NCBI GenBank assembly: GCA_020354045.1
Contig: CP070639.1
Coordinates: 3,412,535-3,476,534, forward strand
Source: Anaerolineales bacterium
Lineage (GTDB): Bacteria; Chloroflexota; Anaerolineae; Anaerolineales; UBA4823
Length of the DNA: 64,000 nt
Direction of reading: 5' to 3'
The notes under the pieces were generated by a model that was not told the DNA's origin, did not search any database, and was given only the letters and a program-made list of their open reading frames with translations. The first letter of the stretch is position 1. Each line of letters begins with the position of its first letter. Position numbers and translations under genes: made by a program. This document shows, one piece after another, positions 8,335 to 17,021 of the stretch.

Positions 8335-8511
8335 TCAGGATTCTTCTGTACCGGCTTCTTTCTCTTCTTCGTCTGCTTCTTCCAGGCCCTTGCGGAAGGA
8401 GCGAATACCACTCCCCAACTCGCCGGCAATTTTGCTGATGCGCCCTACGCCAAACAGCAAAATAACAATCACCAGGATGATCAAAAGTTCAGTAGGTCCC
8501 AATCGAAACAT
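8335..8511 (-). CDS. tatA: Twin-arginine translocase subunit TatA/E
   Basis: Hand translation gives MFRLGPTELLIILVIVILLFGVGRISKIAGELGSGIRSFRKGLEEADEEEKEAGTEES (58 aa). This shows the classic TatA TM-hinge-amphipathic helix layout. GGAGAG lies before the ATG. It is too short for the ORF track. Confidence 0.85.
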   Translation of the reverse strand: MFRLGPTELLIILVIVILLFGVGRISKIAGELGSGIRSFRKGLEEADEEEKEAGTEES

Positions 8512-8801
8512 GAATATCTCTCCATTCCTTACAAATGACGGTCGGTTTTATACGAAGCCCTACCCAACACGCCGTTAAGACTTTCTCACAGCTATTTTAC
8601 TACCAAATTGTGTTTTTTCGCTTTAGAGAGCAGGAGATTTAATCGCAGAAAACCCAGGAGTCGACTCAGATAAGAGGCAACACGTTCCCCTAGAGCAAAA
8701 CTCACAAAGCATTACACTTAGTGCCAAGCTCAATGTGATTTAATACACAAACAAAACAGATTTATAACACTCGCCAGACACTTATGAATTGGCTACAATA
8801 T

Positions 8802-8817
8802 ATTCAGAATTATGAAT
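8802..8817. promoter_or_regulatory. Imperfect palindrome ATTCAGAATTATGAAT overlapping the arsR start codon; TACAAT -10-like box at 8794-8799
   Basis: 7 of 8 positions are symmetric. A further TTATGAAT copy lies at 8782. It is a candidate ArsR/SmtB operator on a near-leaderless transcript. Confidence 0.3.
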
Positions 8818-9204
8818 GTATTATCTATAAGAACTAAGTCCCTGCCTAACAGAAAAATTGCGCAGATGTTCCGCGTGTTAGGCCAACCCATTCGCCTGCG
8901 AATTGTCTTGGCGATCGGGCTGGAAGAAGCCTGTGTGTGCCACCTGGAGACCGCCCTGGAAATGCGCCAGGCATATATCTCGCAGCATTTGATGGCACTG
9001 CGCCGCGCAGGGCTGGTAAGCTCACGCCGCGCGGGCAGAAACATTTTTTATTCATTGACCCACCCTGAACTACTCGAAATCATCCGGCAGAGTGGCACAG
9101 CCCTGGGCTTCCCAGAAACAGCGCTGCAAATTACCTCAAATAACTCCCCCTTAGAACACTGTCCCTGTCCGTACTGTGCCGGCAAAGAAGAGAGCAATGA
9201 GTAA
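8812..9204 (+). CDS. arsR: ArsR/SmtB-family metalloregulator
   Basis: FRVLGQPIRLRIVLAI...EACVCHLETALEMRQAYISQHLMALRRAGLVSSRRAGRNIFYSL is a wHTH with a CVC metal site. Confidence 0.85.
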   Translation: MNVLSIRTKSLPNRKIAQMFRVLGQPIRLRIVLAIGLEEACVCHLETALEMRQAYISQHLMALRRAGLVSSRRAGRNIFYSLTHPELLEIIRQSGTALGFPETALQITSNNSPLEHCPCPYCAGKEESNE

Positions 9205-10528
9205 TATCCTAGCATATATTACAAACTTGTTATGGTCAGGCTGGATAAGCCTGCTCGATTACCTAGCTGCACATGTGCTGCTGTGTTTGGTGCCAGCTTT
9301 TATCATAGCTGGCTATTTGAGCTCAATGGTACCTAAAGAAGTGGTTACCCGATATCTCGGACCGAAAACACGCCCCTGGATCAGTTATCCAGCCGCAGCC
9401 GTGGGTGGTTTCATCCTAGCAGTATGCTCGTGCACCATTCTGCCACTCTTTGCTGGCATCTGGAAGCGCGGCGCAGGGTTGGGAGCAGCGATCACATTTT
9501 TGTTTGTGGGACCAGCCGTCAATATCCTGGCGATCGCCTATACCGGGGCAGCCATTGGACTGGATATCGCTCTGGCGCGCATTTTGTTATCCATCCTCTT
9601 CGGAATTGGAATTGGTCTCATCATGGCGCGCTTGTTCCGTGCCGAGGAAGACCGCCGTGCCCACAACCTGGAATCGGTTGGTTTGTTTGAACAACAGATG
9701 ACCGTCAATCCAGGCATCTGGATCCTGTTTTTGCTATTGCTAGCCGTTTTGATCGTGGGAACGCTTCAGCTGGGTTGGCTAACACGCATCTGGTCAAGTG
9801 TCAATTTGCCTGTGGTTTTTCCCAGCCAAACAATGGAATTTCTCAACAAATGGAGCCTGACACCCCAAGGTGCAGCATTGATAATCTTGCTCATTATCAT
9901 CATGCCAACCGCCTACCTGGGTCTAGAAAATGTTCTGGAAAAATTTAACAACTGGACATACGCGACTCTAGCCCTGGTTGGCCTGACATTACTCCTGGCT
10001 GCCCCAGTTTTTACTTCAGGCAGTTTGGTATTAGGGATCACAGGACGATTGATCGCTGAGGCGATTTTAATGTTCACCATAGGTCTGGTAGCAATCAAGT
10101 ATTTTCAGAGACAGGAACTTGCAGGTTGGTTTTGGGAAACCTGGAAGTTTGTCAAACAAATTTTTCCGCTCTTAATCGTCGGGGTTTTCCTGGCAGGAGT
10201 CATCAAAGTGATCATCCCTGCTGAATGGATCCAATCGCTGGCAGGACACAACACACTTTGGGCTAATCTGCTCGGAGTGTTATTTGGTGTTTTCATGTAT
10301 TTTCCGACCCTGGTAGAAGTCCCGATTGCACGCATGTTTCTAGACTTGGGCATGCACCGGGGTCCACTGCTGGCTTACCTGCTGGCTGATCCGGAGCTTT
10401 CTGTACAAAGCATCCTGGTGACTGGAAGTATCCTGGGGCGTAAGAAGACGGCTGTCTATGTGACCCTGGTAGCGGTGTTCAGTACCCTGGCAGGTTATAT
10501 CTTCGGGCTCGTATTAGCCATGGTTTGA
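9197..10528 (+). CDS. Multi-TM permease of the family commonly paired with ArsR and a thioredoxin-like protein (ArsP-like, vicinal Cys pair)
   Basis: About 10 TM segments. The LAVCSCTILPLFAG motif recalls the CSC pair of organoarsenical permease ArsP. ATG 9197 overlaps the arsR stop (ATGAGTAA). Confidence 0.7.
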   Translation: MSNILAYITNLLWSGWISLLDYLAAHVLLCLVPAFIIAGYLSSMVPKEVVTRYLGPKTRPWISYPAAAVGGFILAVCSCTILPLFAGIWKRGAGLGAAITFLFVGPAVNILAIAYTGAAIGLDIALARILLSILFGIGIGLIMARLFRAEEDRRAHNLESVGLFEQQMTVNPGIWILFLLLLAVLIVGTLQLGWLTRIWSSVNLPVVFPSQTMEFLNKWSLTPQGAALIILLIIIMPTAYLGLENVLEKFNNWTYATLALVGLTLLLAAPVFTSGSLVLGITGRLIAEAILMFTIGLVAIKYFQRQELAGWFWETWKFVKQIFPLLIVGVFLAGVIKVIIPAEWIQSLAGHNTLWANLLGVLFGVFMYFPTLVEVPIARMFLDLGMHRGPLLAYLLADPELSVQSILVTGSILGRKKTAVYVTLVAVFSTLAGYIFGLVLAMV

Positions 10529-10627
10529 AATCGGCTTCGTATCGGAAGGTCAAAAATAAACATAAACACAGCACAGAAAAATTAAGATTAATCCAATGAA
10601 ATTTCTAAGCTACCACAGGAGGTCAAC

Positions 10628-10879
10628 ATGCTAGAAGTAAAGGTTTTGGGTCCTGGTTGTGCCAACTGTAAGCGGGTGGAGCAAATTGCTCGTCAGGCAA
10701 TCTCTGACCTGTCACTGCCAGCCGAGATCACCAAAGTAACGGACTATGCAGAAATCACCAGCTATCCAATCTTAGCGACACCGGGGCTGGTTATCAACGA
10801 GCAAGTAGTCTGCTCAGGTCGCATACCAACCCAGGCAGAAGTCACCACCTGGCTGGTCAATGCCCTGGAATCTGCCTAA
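10628..10879 (+). CDS. Thioredoxin-fold 'redox-active disulfide protein 2'-like small protein
   Basis: 83 aa: [19 protein letters not shown]...[20 protein letters not shown]. CxxC motif present. AGGAGG RBS. Confidence 0.8.
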   Translation: MLEVKVLGPGCANCKRVEQIARQAISDLSLPAEITKVTDYAEITSYPILATPGLVINEQVVCSGRIPTQAEVTTWLVNALESA

Positions 10880-10892
10880 ATCAGAGCTCAAC

Positions 10893-11990
10893 ATGACAGA
10901 AATTTCCTCCTCTCAAATGCCTGCTCAGACGAGCGTTACCCGTAAACTCTCCACGCTGGACCGTTTTCTCACCCTGTGGATCTTTTTAGCTATGGCGGTC
11001 GGTGTAGGTATTGGTTACCTATTTCCTTCTGCCGTAAAAGGCTTCAATAGCGCTGTATCCATCGGCACAACCAACATACCGATCGCCATCGGCCTGATCC
11101 TGATGATGTACCCGCCTCTGGCAAAAGTACATTACGATGAGCTGGGAGATGTTTTCCGCAACTGGAAGATATTGGGCCTCTCGCTCATCCAGAACTGGGT
11201 GATCGGGCCAATCCTGATGTTTGTCCTGGCAATCCTTTTCCTGCGAGATTACCCGGAATATATGACGGGGTTGATTTTAATCGGACTGGCGCGCTGCATT
11301 GCCATGGTAATCGTCTGGAATGAGCTAGCCAAAGGCGACACAGAATATGCCGCGGGTTTGGTAGCGTTCAACAGCCTGTTCCAAGTCTTCTTTTACAGTC
11401 TGTATGCCTATATTTTCATCACGCTTCTGCCTCCCCGGCTTGGACTGACAGGCAGCCGCGTGGACATCACCATCGGAGAGATTGCCAAAAGTGTGTTCAT
11501 TTACCTGGGCATACCCTTTCTGGCAGGCTTCTTCACCCGCCTGCTGCTTGTCCGCAGCAAAGGGAAACAATGGTACTACCAGAACTTCATTCCCAGGATC
11601 AGCCCGCTGACGCTGGGGGCGTTGCTTTTCACTATCGTGGTGATGTTCAGCCTGAAAGGTGAACTGATCGTTACAATCCCAATGGATGTCGTGCGCATTG
11701 CACTGCCATTGCTGATCTACTTCGTGGTGATGTTCCTGGTGAGTTTCTTCATGGGTCGGCTGGTCGGTGCGGATTATTCCCAGACCGCCACCTTATCATT
11801 CACTGCTGCCAGCAACAACTTCGAATTGGCAATTGCCGTCGCGGTGGCTGTATTTGGCATCAACTCAGGCGCAGCTTTTGCCGCGGTTATCGGTCCGTTG
11901 ATCGAAGTACCGGTAATGATCGGCCTGGTCAATGTGGCTTTCGTCTTGGGAAGACGTTTTTACCAGGATCGGATTCCAGAACCCTCGTGA
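10893..11990 (+). CDS. acr3: Arsenite efflux transporter, ACR3 family
   Basis: [24 protein letters not shown]...[16 protein letters not shown]...[17 protein letters not shown] are typical Acr3 strings. The start is uncertain (10860 or 10893). Confidence 0.85.
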   Translation: MTEISSSQMPAQTSVTRKLSTLDRFLTLWIFLAMAVGVGIGYLFPSAVKGFNSAVSIGTTNIPIAIGLILMMYPPLAKVHYDELGDVFRNWKILGLSLIQNWVIGPILMFVLAILFLRDYPEYMTGLILIGLARCIAMVIVWNELAKGDTEYAAGLVAFNSLFQVFFYSLYAYIFITLLPPRLGLTGSRVDITIGEIAKSVFIYLGIPFLAGFFTRLLLVRSKGKQWYYQNFIPRISPLTLGALLFTIVVMFSLKGELIVTIPMDVVRIALPLLIYFVVMFLVSFFMGRLVGADYSQTATLSFTAASNNFELAIAVAVAVFGINSGAAFAAVIGPLIEVPVMIGLVNVAFVLGRRFYQDRIPEPS

Positions 11991-12114
11991 ACCAACAAGC
12001 GCGCTTCAATAAACCACTACTCTATTCCAAATGAACCATCCTATTTGAGATCATTACAGAATATTGATCGTTAACCCGCGACCTCATCCTAAGGACATCA
12101 GGAGAACGCACAAT

Positions 12115-12972
12115 ATGAGCGACGATGTTAGCGACATTGCTGCCTATTACAATACCGATCCAGAACGAGAACACCAGCGTTTAGATAGGCATCAACTTGA
12201 ATATGAACTCACCTGGCGCTATTTAGACGAGTACCTGCCATCTCAAGGCTCGATCCTGGAAGTCGGCGCGGCAACAGGAAAATACACACTGCAATTAGCT
12301 AAACGAGGTCATGCAGTCACAGCCGTTGACATGTCAGCGGCGTTGGTTGAAGAATGCAGGAAAAATATCATAGAGGCGGGACTCAAGAAGCAAGTGCGAT
12401 TCTTACTTGCCGATGCGCGCAATCTCGGTGAAGTGAGGGATAGAGAATTTGATGCGGTTCTTTTAATGGGACCTCTGTATCATCTAATCGAAGAATCTGA
12501 CCGCAAAAAAGCCTTGAAGGAAGCATATGACCACGTGCGAGGAGAGGGTCTCATCTTCTCCACATTTATAAGCCGTTTTGGCATAATGGGTGATTTGCTC
12601 AAAGATCTACCAAATTGGATAGAGCAACAAGCCGAAGTCCGGTCGCTATTAGAGAGCGGCAAACGCCCTGATGGTTCTCCGCGCGGTGGGTTCCGGGGAT
12701 ATTTTGCGCAAATATCTGAGATTATCCCTCTTCATGAAACGATCGGATTTGAAACTCTAAAGTTAGCGGGGGTTGAACCAGCAATCTCAGCAGATGACGA
12801 GAGTTACAATAAACTCCAGGGAAAACAGCGCCAGCTATGGCTTAATCTGCTGTATGAGTTAAGTACGCAGGAATCCATTCTCGGGGCATCAAGACATATT
12901 CTCTATATTGGCAAGAAAAAAGTTAACTCGCTCCTGTCACAAGCAGATAATTCCACACGCCTGAATCAGTAA
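12115..12972 (+). CDS. Class I SAM-dependent methyltransferase
   Basis: ILEVGAATGKYTLQLAKRGHAVTAVDMS is a G-x-G-type motif I. GGAG lies 10 nt before ATG 12115. Confidence 0.75.
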   Translation: MSDDVSDIAAYYNTDPEREHQRLDRHQLEYELTWRYLDEYLPSQGSILEVGAATGKYTLQLAKRGHAVTAVDMSAALVEECRKNIIEAGLKKQVRFLLADARNLGEVRDREFDAVLLMGPLYHLIEESDRKKALKEAYDHVRGEGLIFSTFISRFGIMGDLLKDLPNWIEQQAEVRSLLESGKRPDGSPRGGFRGYFAQISEIIPLHETIGFETLKLAGVEPAISADDESYNKLQGKQRQLWLNLLYELSTQESILGASRHILYIGKKKVNSLLSQADNSTRLNQ

Positions 12973-13035
12973 TTTGTTATACTCTAGCGCGATGCAGTTG
13001 CAATTATGCTTACATCTCCAAAAAGAGGGCTAGAA

Positions 13036-14295
13036 ATGCCTGTCAAAGTTAATGCCCAGCGAGTGGAAAATGATTTCACAGCGCTCAGCCAGATTGGAAT
13101 AACACCAGAAGGAGGGCTGAACCGGCTGGCTTTAAGCCCGGCCCACCTGGAAGCCCGGAATTGGCTCAGGGAGAGAATTCTTCAAGCCGGTCTGGAATTC
13201 AGGGTGGATGGCGCTGGCAACCACTCCGCTTACTTACAGTGCGGTTCACCAGGAGCTCCAACATTACTGCTCGGCTCACATCTGGATTCAGTCCCTAACG
13301 GAGGCAAGTACGATGGCGCCTTGGGGGTAGTGGCCGCCCTGGAGGCGTTGCGGCGGGTTAAAGAAGAGGCTCTACAACTGCCATTTAATCTAGAAGCGAT
13401 CGATTTCACTGATGAAGAGGGCAGTTTGGTAGGGCTATTGGGCAGTTTTGCGGTAGCAGGCCTGCTGACGGAAGAAAAGCTGGACAATTCCCGGATAGGT
13501 TTAGAAGCGATGTCTGCTACACTGCAAAGAGCCGGACTCAGCCGCGCAAGCGTGCTCTCAGCAAGGCGTAATCCATCAGAACTGGCGGGTTACCTGGAGC
13601 TGCACATTGAGCAAGGCGTGCGCCTGGAGCAAACTGGTGCCCAGATCGGCATCGTCACTCACATTCCAGGCATCTGCTCCTATCGGTTGATCTTTTTAGG
13701 CAGAGCAGATCATGCTGGGACAGTACCCATGGTAGACCGACTGGATGCTGCCATGGGCGCCAGCGCGTTCATCTTAGCAGTCCGAGAAGTTCTCAGCTCA
13801 GAATTCCCAGATTGCTTTGCCAATGTGGGTCAAGCGAATTTCGAGCCGGGAGCCTTTAATATTGTGCCAGAGCGAGTCACGCTGGGTCTCGAATTCCGCT
13901 CTACTGAACCAAAACAATTCTCACAATTAGAGGCCAGGTTGCTAGCAAGCGCTCAATACGAAGCCGGACAATATGGACTTGGATTTGAGAGCCATTTCCA
14001 AGGACGCATTGCCCCCGCCTCTATGGACACGCAAATTCAATCAGCTTTTTCAGCCGCGTCTGATCAATTAGGCATCCCATGGATATCCCTGGCCTCGCGT
14101 GCCGGGCATGATGCCCAGGCTTTGGCGATGGTTTGCCCTGCAGGTATGATCTTCGTACCTTCCGTGGGTGGCAGCAGCCATTCACCGATTGAATATACTC
14201 GCTGGGAGGACTGTCTAAACGGGACTAACGTCCTGCTTAATGCCGTTATACAGCTGGCGCAAAAGCGTCAGAAAGGGAAGCCCTACCATGAGTGA
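13036..14295 (+). CDS. M20-family Zn-dependent amidohydrolase (allantoate amidohydrolase / N-carbamoyl-amino-acid hydrolase type)
   Basis: GGLNRLALSP...LLLGSHLDSVPNGGKYDGALGVVAALE...GHDAQ. The start could also be 13006. Confidence 0.8.
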   Translation: MPVKVNAQRVENDFTALSQIGITPEGGLNRLALSPAHLEARNWLRERILQAGLEFRVDGAGNHSAYLQCGSPGAPTLLLGSHLDSVPNGGKYDGALGVVAALEALRRVKEEALQLPFNLEAIDFTDEEGSLVGLLGSFAVAGLLTEEKLDNSRIGLEAMSATLQRAGLSRASVLSARRNPSELAGYLELHIEQGVRLEQTGAQIGIVTHIPGICSYRLIFLGRADHAGTVPMVDRLDAAMGASAFILAVREVLSSEFPDCFANVGQANFEPGAFNIVPERVTLGLEFRSTEPKQFSQLEARLLASAQYEAGQYGLGFESHFQGRIAPASMDTQIQSAFSAASDQLGIPWISLASRAGHDAQALAMVCPAGMIFVPSVGGSSHSPIEYTRWEDCLNGTNVLLNAVIQLAQKRQKGKPYHE

Positions 14296-14893
14296 CTTGT
14301 TCGAATGGGCATTCTTAATTGGCTTAATCGCGCTGGAGGTGATTCGCTTTCCTCACCGTCGTCGCAATCGACTGGCTGTGCGCCAGAAGCGCATTCAGAG
14401 CTGGCACATTTCATGGTGGGATGTGCTCCTGGATATGCTGGCATTTGCCGGGACGGAGGTGATCCCACTGGTTTACATCGTGTATCCCTGGTTTAATTTT
14501 GCCAATTATGCGCTTCCCATCTGGGCTGGCTGGATAGGCACGTTGATAATGGGAGCTGCTGTCGCCTTGCTGTGGAAATCTCATACCGATTTGGGCTTAA
14601 ACTGGACGCCCACGCTGCAAATCCTGCCGGAGCATACCCTCGTCACCAAAGGTATGTATGCTTACATACGCCATCCTATCTATGCCGCGACCTGGTTAGC
14701 AGCATTGGCGCAAGCTCTGCTGCTGGCAAACTGGTTCGCTGGTTTGGCGGGTTTGGTGTTGTTTTCACTTGTATACCTGGTGCGCGTGCCTAAAGAAGAG
14801 CGCATGATGCTGGAGCAATTTGGGACTGCATACCAAGAATACCTGGAGCGTACTGGCAGGCTGATCCCACGACTGACCCCAAAAGACAAATAA
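14288..14893 (+). CDS. ICMT/PEMT-family membrane methyltransferase (paralog 1 of 4)
   Basis: Multi-TM. GMYAYIRHPIYAATWL...PKEERMMLEQFGTAYQEYLERTGRLIP. ATG 14288 overlaps the upstream stop (ATGAGTGA). Confidence 0.7.
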   Translation: MSDLFEWAFLIGLIALEVIRFPHRRRNRLAVRQKRIQSWHISWWDVLLDMLAFAGTEVIPLVYIVYPWFNFANYALPIWAGWIGTLIMGAAVALLWKSHTDLGLNWTPTLQILPEHTLVTKGMYAYIRHPIYAATWLAALAQALLLANWFAGLAGLVLFSLVYLVRVPKEERMMLEQFGTAYQEYLERTGRLIPRLTPKDK

Positions 14894-14919
14894 GATTTCC
14901 CCCGAAAACTCGCAACTGT

Positions 14920-15690
14920 TTATAAAGCCGCCAGCGCACGCAGGATAATTTGTTGTGCCAGGCGGTTAGCGTTTTGCAATCGCTCTGTGCCGAAGGCTTC
15001 ATCCCATTCCTCTGCCAGCATATCGCTCACCACCAGCATATTGCACACGCGTATTTTCCGGAATATACCCAGAGCATACATGGCAGAAGTCTCCATATCC
15101 ACTCCCAAGATGCCCTGGCGCTGGTACTCATTTACTTTGTAGCGCAGCTCCCTGTAAGGAGCGTCAGTCGTCCAGAGCGGGCCAGCCAGGGCAGTGACAC
15201 CCTCCAGCTTCGCGCTATGTACCAGCAAGGATACCAAGCCAGGGTCGGGCACCAGCTCAATCTCTTCTTCAAAATAATGCAGCGAGGTGCCTTCCTCGCT
15301 CAAGCAGGAGGTGGGGATGATCAGGCTACCAATTGATGCCTCAGACTGCAGACCGCCTGCCCATCCAAGCCCTATAACAGTGCGTGCTCCACAGGCTATC
15401 AGCTCTTCCAGGATCATCACCGTACCGGGGGCACCCACCGGCATCTGTACAATTGAGATCGGTTTACCGGCACATTCGCCATGGTAAAGTGGATTACGTT
15501 CCCCATAAAACCAATGCGGGGATAATTTTGCCTGGGTAAGCTCAGCCAACCCGGCTACAACTCCGCGCCCCCATGAAAGCACCACAAGCGGTGCGACCCC
15601 AAGTTCCTGCAGGCTGATACCGGTGCGGATAAGATAGTTGGAAACCACCTTCTTGGGATCAACCAGGGGTTCATCTTCGTTTTTCGTCAT
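14920..15690 (-). CDS. Nucleoside phosphorylase (PNP/UDP family)
   Basis: GMGAP-like VGAPGTVMILEELIACGA and GVDMETSAMY motifs. Confidence 0.75.
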   Translation of the reverse strand: MTKNEDEPLVDPKKVVSNYLIRTGISLQELGVAPLVVLSWGRGVVAGLAELTQAKLSPHWFYGERNPLYHGECAGKPISIVQMPVGAPGTVMILEELIACGARTVIGLGWAGGLQSEASIGSLIIPTSCLSEEGTSLHYFEEEIELVPDPGLVSLLVHSAKLEGVTALAGPLWTTDAPYRELRYKVNEYQRQGILGVDMETSAMYALGIFRKIRVCNMLVVSDMLAEEWDEAFGTERLQNANRLAQQIILRALAAL

Positions 15691-16071
15691 GCTATGCCTC
15701 CTGAAATGGGTGCGTTGCAGCGATTCTGAGCATAGTAAGTAAGCATAAAGTTACTGAAAATTAGCTAACCTGGTTATAGTGAACAGCTAATTCAACGATT
15801 AATTACCAAGCTAATTCTAATGCATTTTATGCCAGCACGTGGAGGACGACATGCCAGAGTACAATCAACTAACCGTGTCCATAATCAAACTCCCTATGGT
15901 GATGAATTCTTGCCAGCCAGAATACCCCTTGATTCTTGAACGTTTTTCTTGTATTCTGAGTGTAAGAAGTAAGTGCCAACACATCCGGACTGCCAGGCGG
16001 CATCCCACTATCCTCATAACCCTCCGCTTTAGCCCGGCTGCCCATTTCGTCACTGAAGGGAGAGGCTGAAC

Positions 16072-16317
16072 ATGGATATCTTGATAGGAAAAGTTGTTCA
16101 TTTCTACAACCGCATCAATGTTGCCGTGCTGGAACTCAATGACGTCTTAAAAGTTGGGGACACGGTCCGCATTGTGGGTCACACCACGGAATTCACCCAG
16201 CCTGTTGAATCGATGGAGATTGAGCACCAGCAAGTGCAATCTGCCGGCCCAGGTGAAGTGGCTTTGAAGGTATGGGAGTACACTCGCCGGGGAGATGAAG
16301 TCTTCAAAGTGGAGTAA
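16072..16317 (+). CDS. Small EF-Tu domain-2-like beta-barrel protein ('translation elongation factor-like protein')
   Basis: 81 aa: IGKVVHFYNRINVAVLELNDVLKVGDTVRIVGHTTEFTQPVESMEIEHQQV. GGGAGAGG RBS. Confidence 0.6.
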   Translation: MDILIGKVVHFYNRINVAVLELNDVLKVGDTVRIVGHTTEFTQPVESMEIEHQQVQSAGPGEVALKVWEYTRRGDEVFKVE

Positions 16318-16332
16318 CCCTCGGGGGCAAGC

Positions 16333-17001
16333 ATGTTAATTAACCTAGCAAACATTCTGGGTCTAGTGCTGACATGGATTATCTGGCTGTTGGTGATCAA
16401 CCGGGAATTTAGCCTGGGGAGCAGCCTAGCTATCTCTATAGGTGGACCTTTGCTGGTCACCCCAATTGTCTACCTGGGCAGGCGCTTGTTAGACCAGCAA
16501 CCGGTTGTTCGCAGAGCTGCCTGGGTAACCACTGCTGTGCATTATCTGCTCCTGACTTTACTGGGTATGTCGGTGATTGAAGCAACCCAGCTAGCCCAAA
16601 ACCTAACTTTATGGGCTATTCGCCTGCCTCCCTGGTTGGGTATCCTCATTATGGTAGTCAGCGGGGTCGCACTGGTGCTGGTGGTCTTCAATCTGGCTTT
16701 GAAAGGATTCGGGTTGCCCTTTGCCCTGGCCCTGACCAGGCTGGTTGCAACCGACTGGTTGTATGCCTGGACGCGCAATCCGATGGTGTTAAGCGCACTC
16801 GCATTTCTGGTTGGTCTGGGGCTGTGGTTACAATCTGGCCTGTTTTTAGTTTGGACATTGGTGGTCTTCAGTCCAGCTATGTACGTATTCCTGGTGGTAT
16901 ATGAGGAGCGCGAGTTAGAGATTCGCTTTGGGGAGGATTATTTGGAGTACAAAACTCGCACACCCATGTTTTGGCCGCGTCGACCGCGACGCAACCAGTG
17001 A
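16333..17001 (+). CDS. ICMT/PEMT-family membrane methyltransferase (paralog 2 of 4)
   Basis: Multi-TM. WTRNPMVLSAL...VVYEERELEIRFGEDYLEYKTRTPMFWP. It lies 15 nt after the preceding small gene. Confidence 0.65.
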   Translation: MLINLANILGLVLTWIIWLLVINREFSLGSSLAISIGGPLLVTPIVYLGRRLLDQQPVVRRAAWVTTAVHYLLLTLLGMSVIEATQLAQNLTLWAIRLPPWLGILIMVVSGVALVLVVFNLALKGFGLPFALALTRLVATDWLYAWTRNPMVLSALAFLVGLGLWLQSGLFLVWTLVVFSPAMYVFLVVYEERELEIRFGEDYLEYKTRTPMFWPRRPRRNQ

Positions 17002-17021
17002 GCTGCCTTGCTGGAAGGGAA

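Noticed and set aside
8090-8578. Plus-strand ORFs 8090-8278, 8188-8538, 8232-8438 and 8390-8578
   Set aside because: The region is better explained on the minus strand by tatA (a clear TatA sequence) and a structured riboswitch-like leader. The plus-strand translations have no features.
12115-12972. Calling the ars-adjacent methyltransferase ArsM
   Set aside because: ArsM needs several conserved cysteines. This protein shows only one Cys, so only a generic class I methyltransferase call is justified.
15839-16101. ORFs 15839-16069 (+) and 15865-16101 (-) in the long intergenic region
   Set aside because: They overlap each other. Neither has a convincing RBS or family resemblance, and their composition is atypical. 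I treat the region as non-coding leader.
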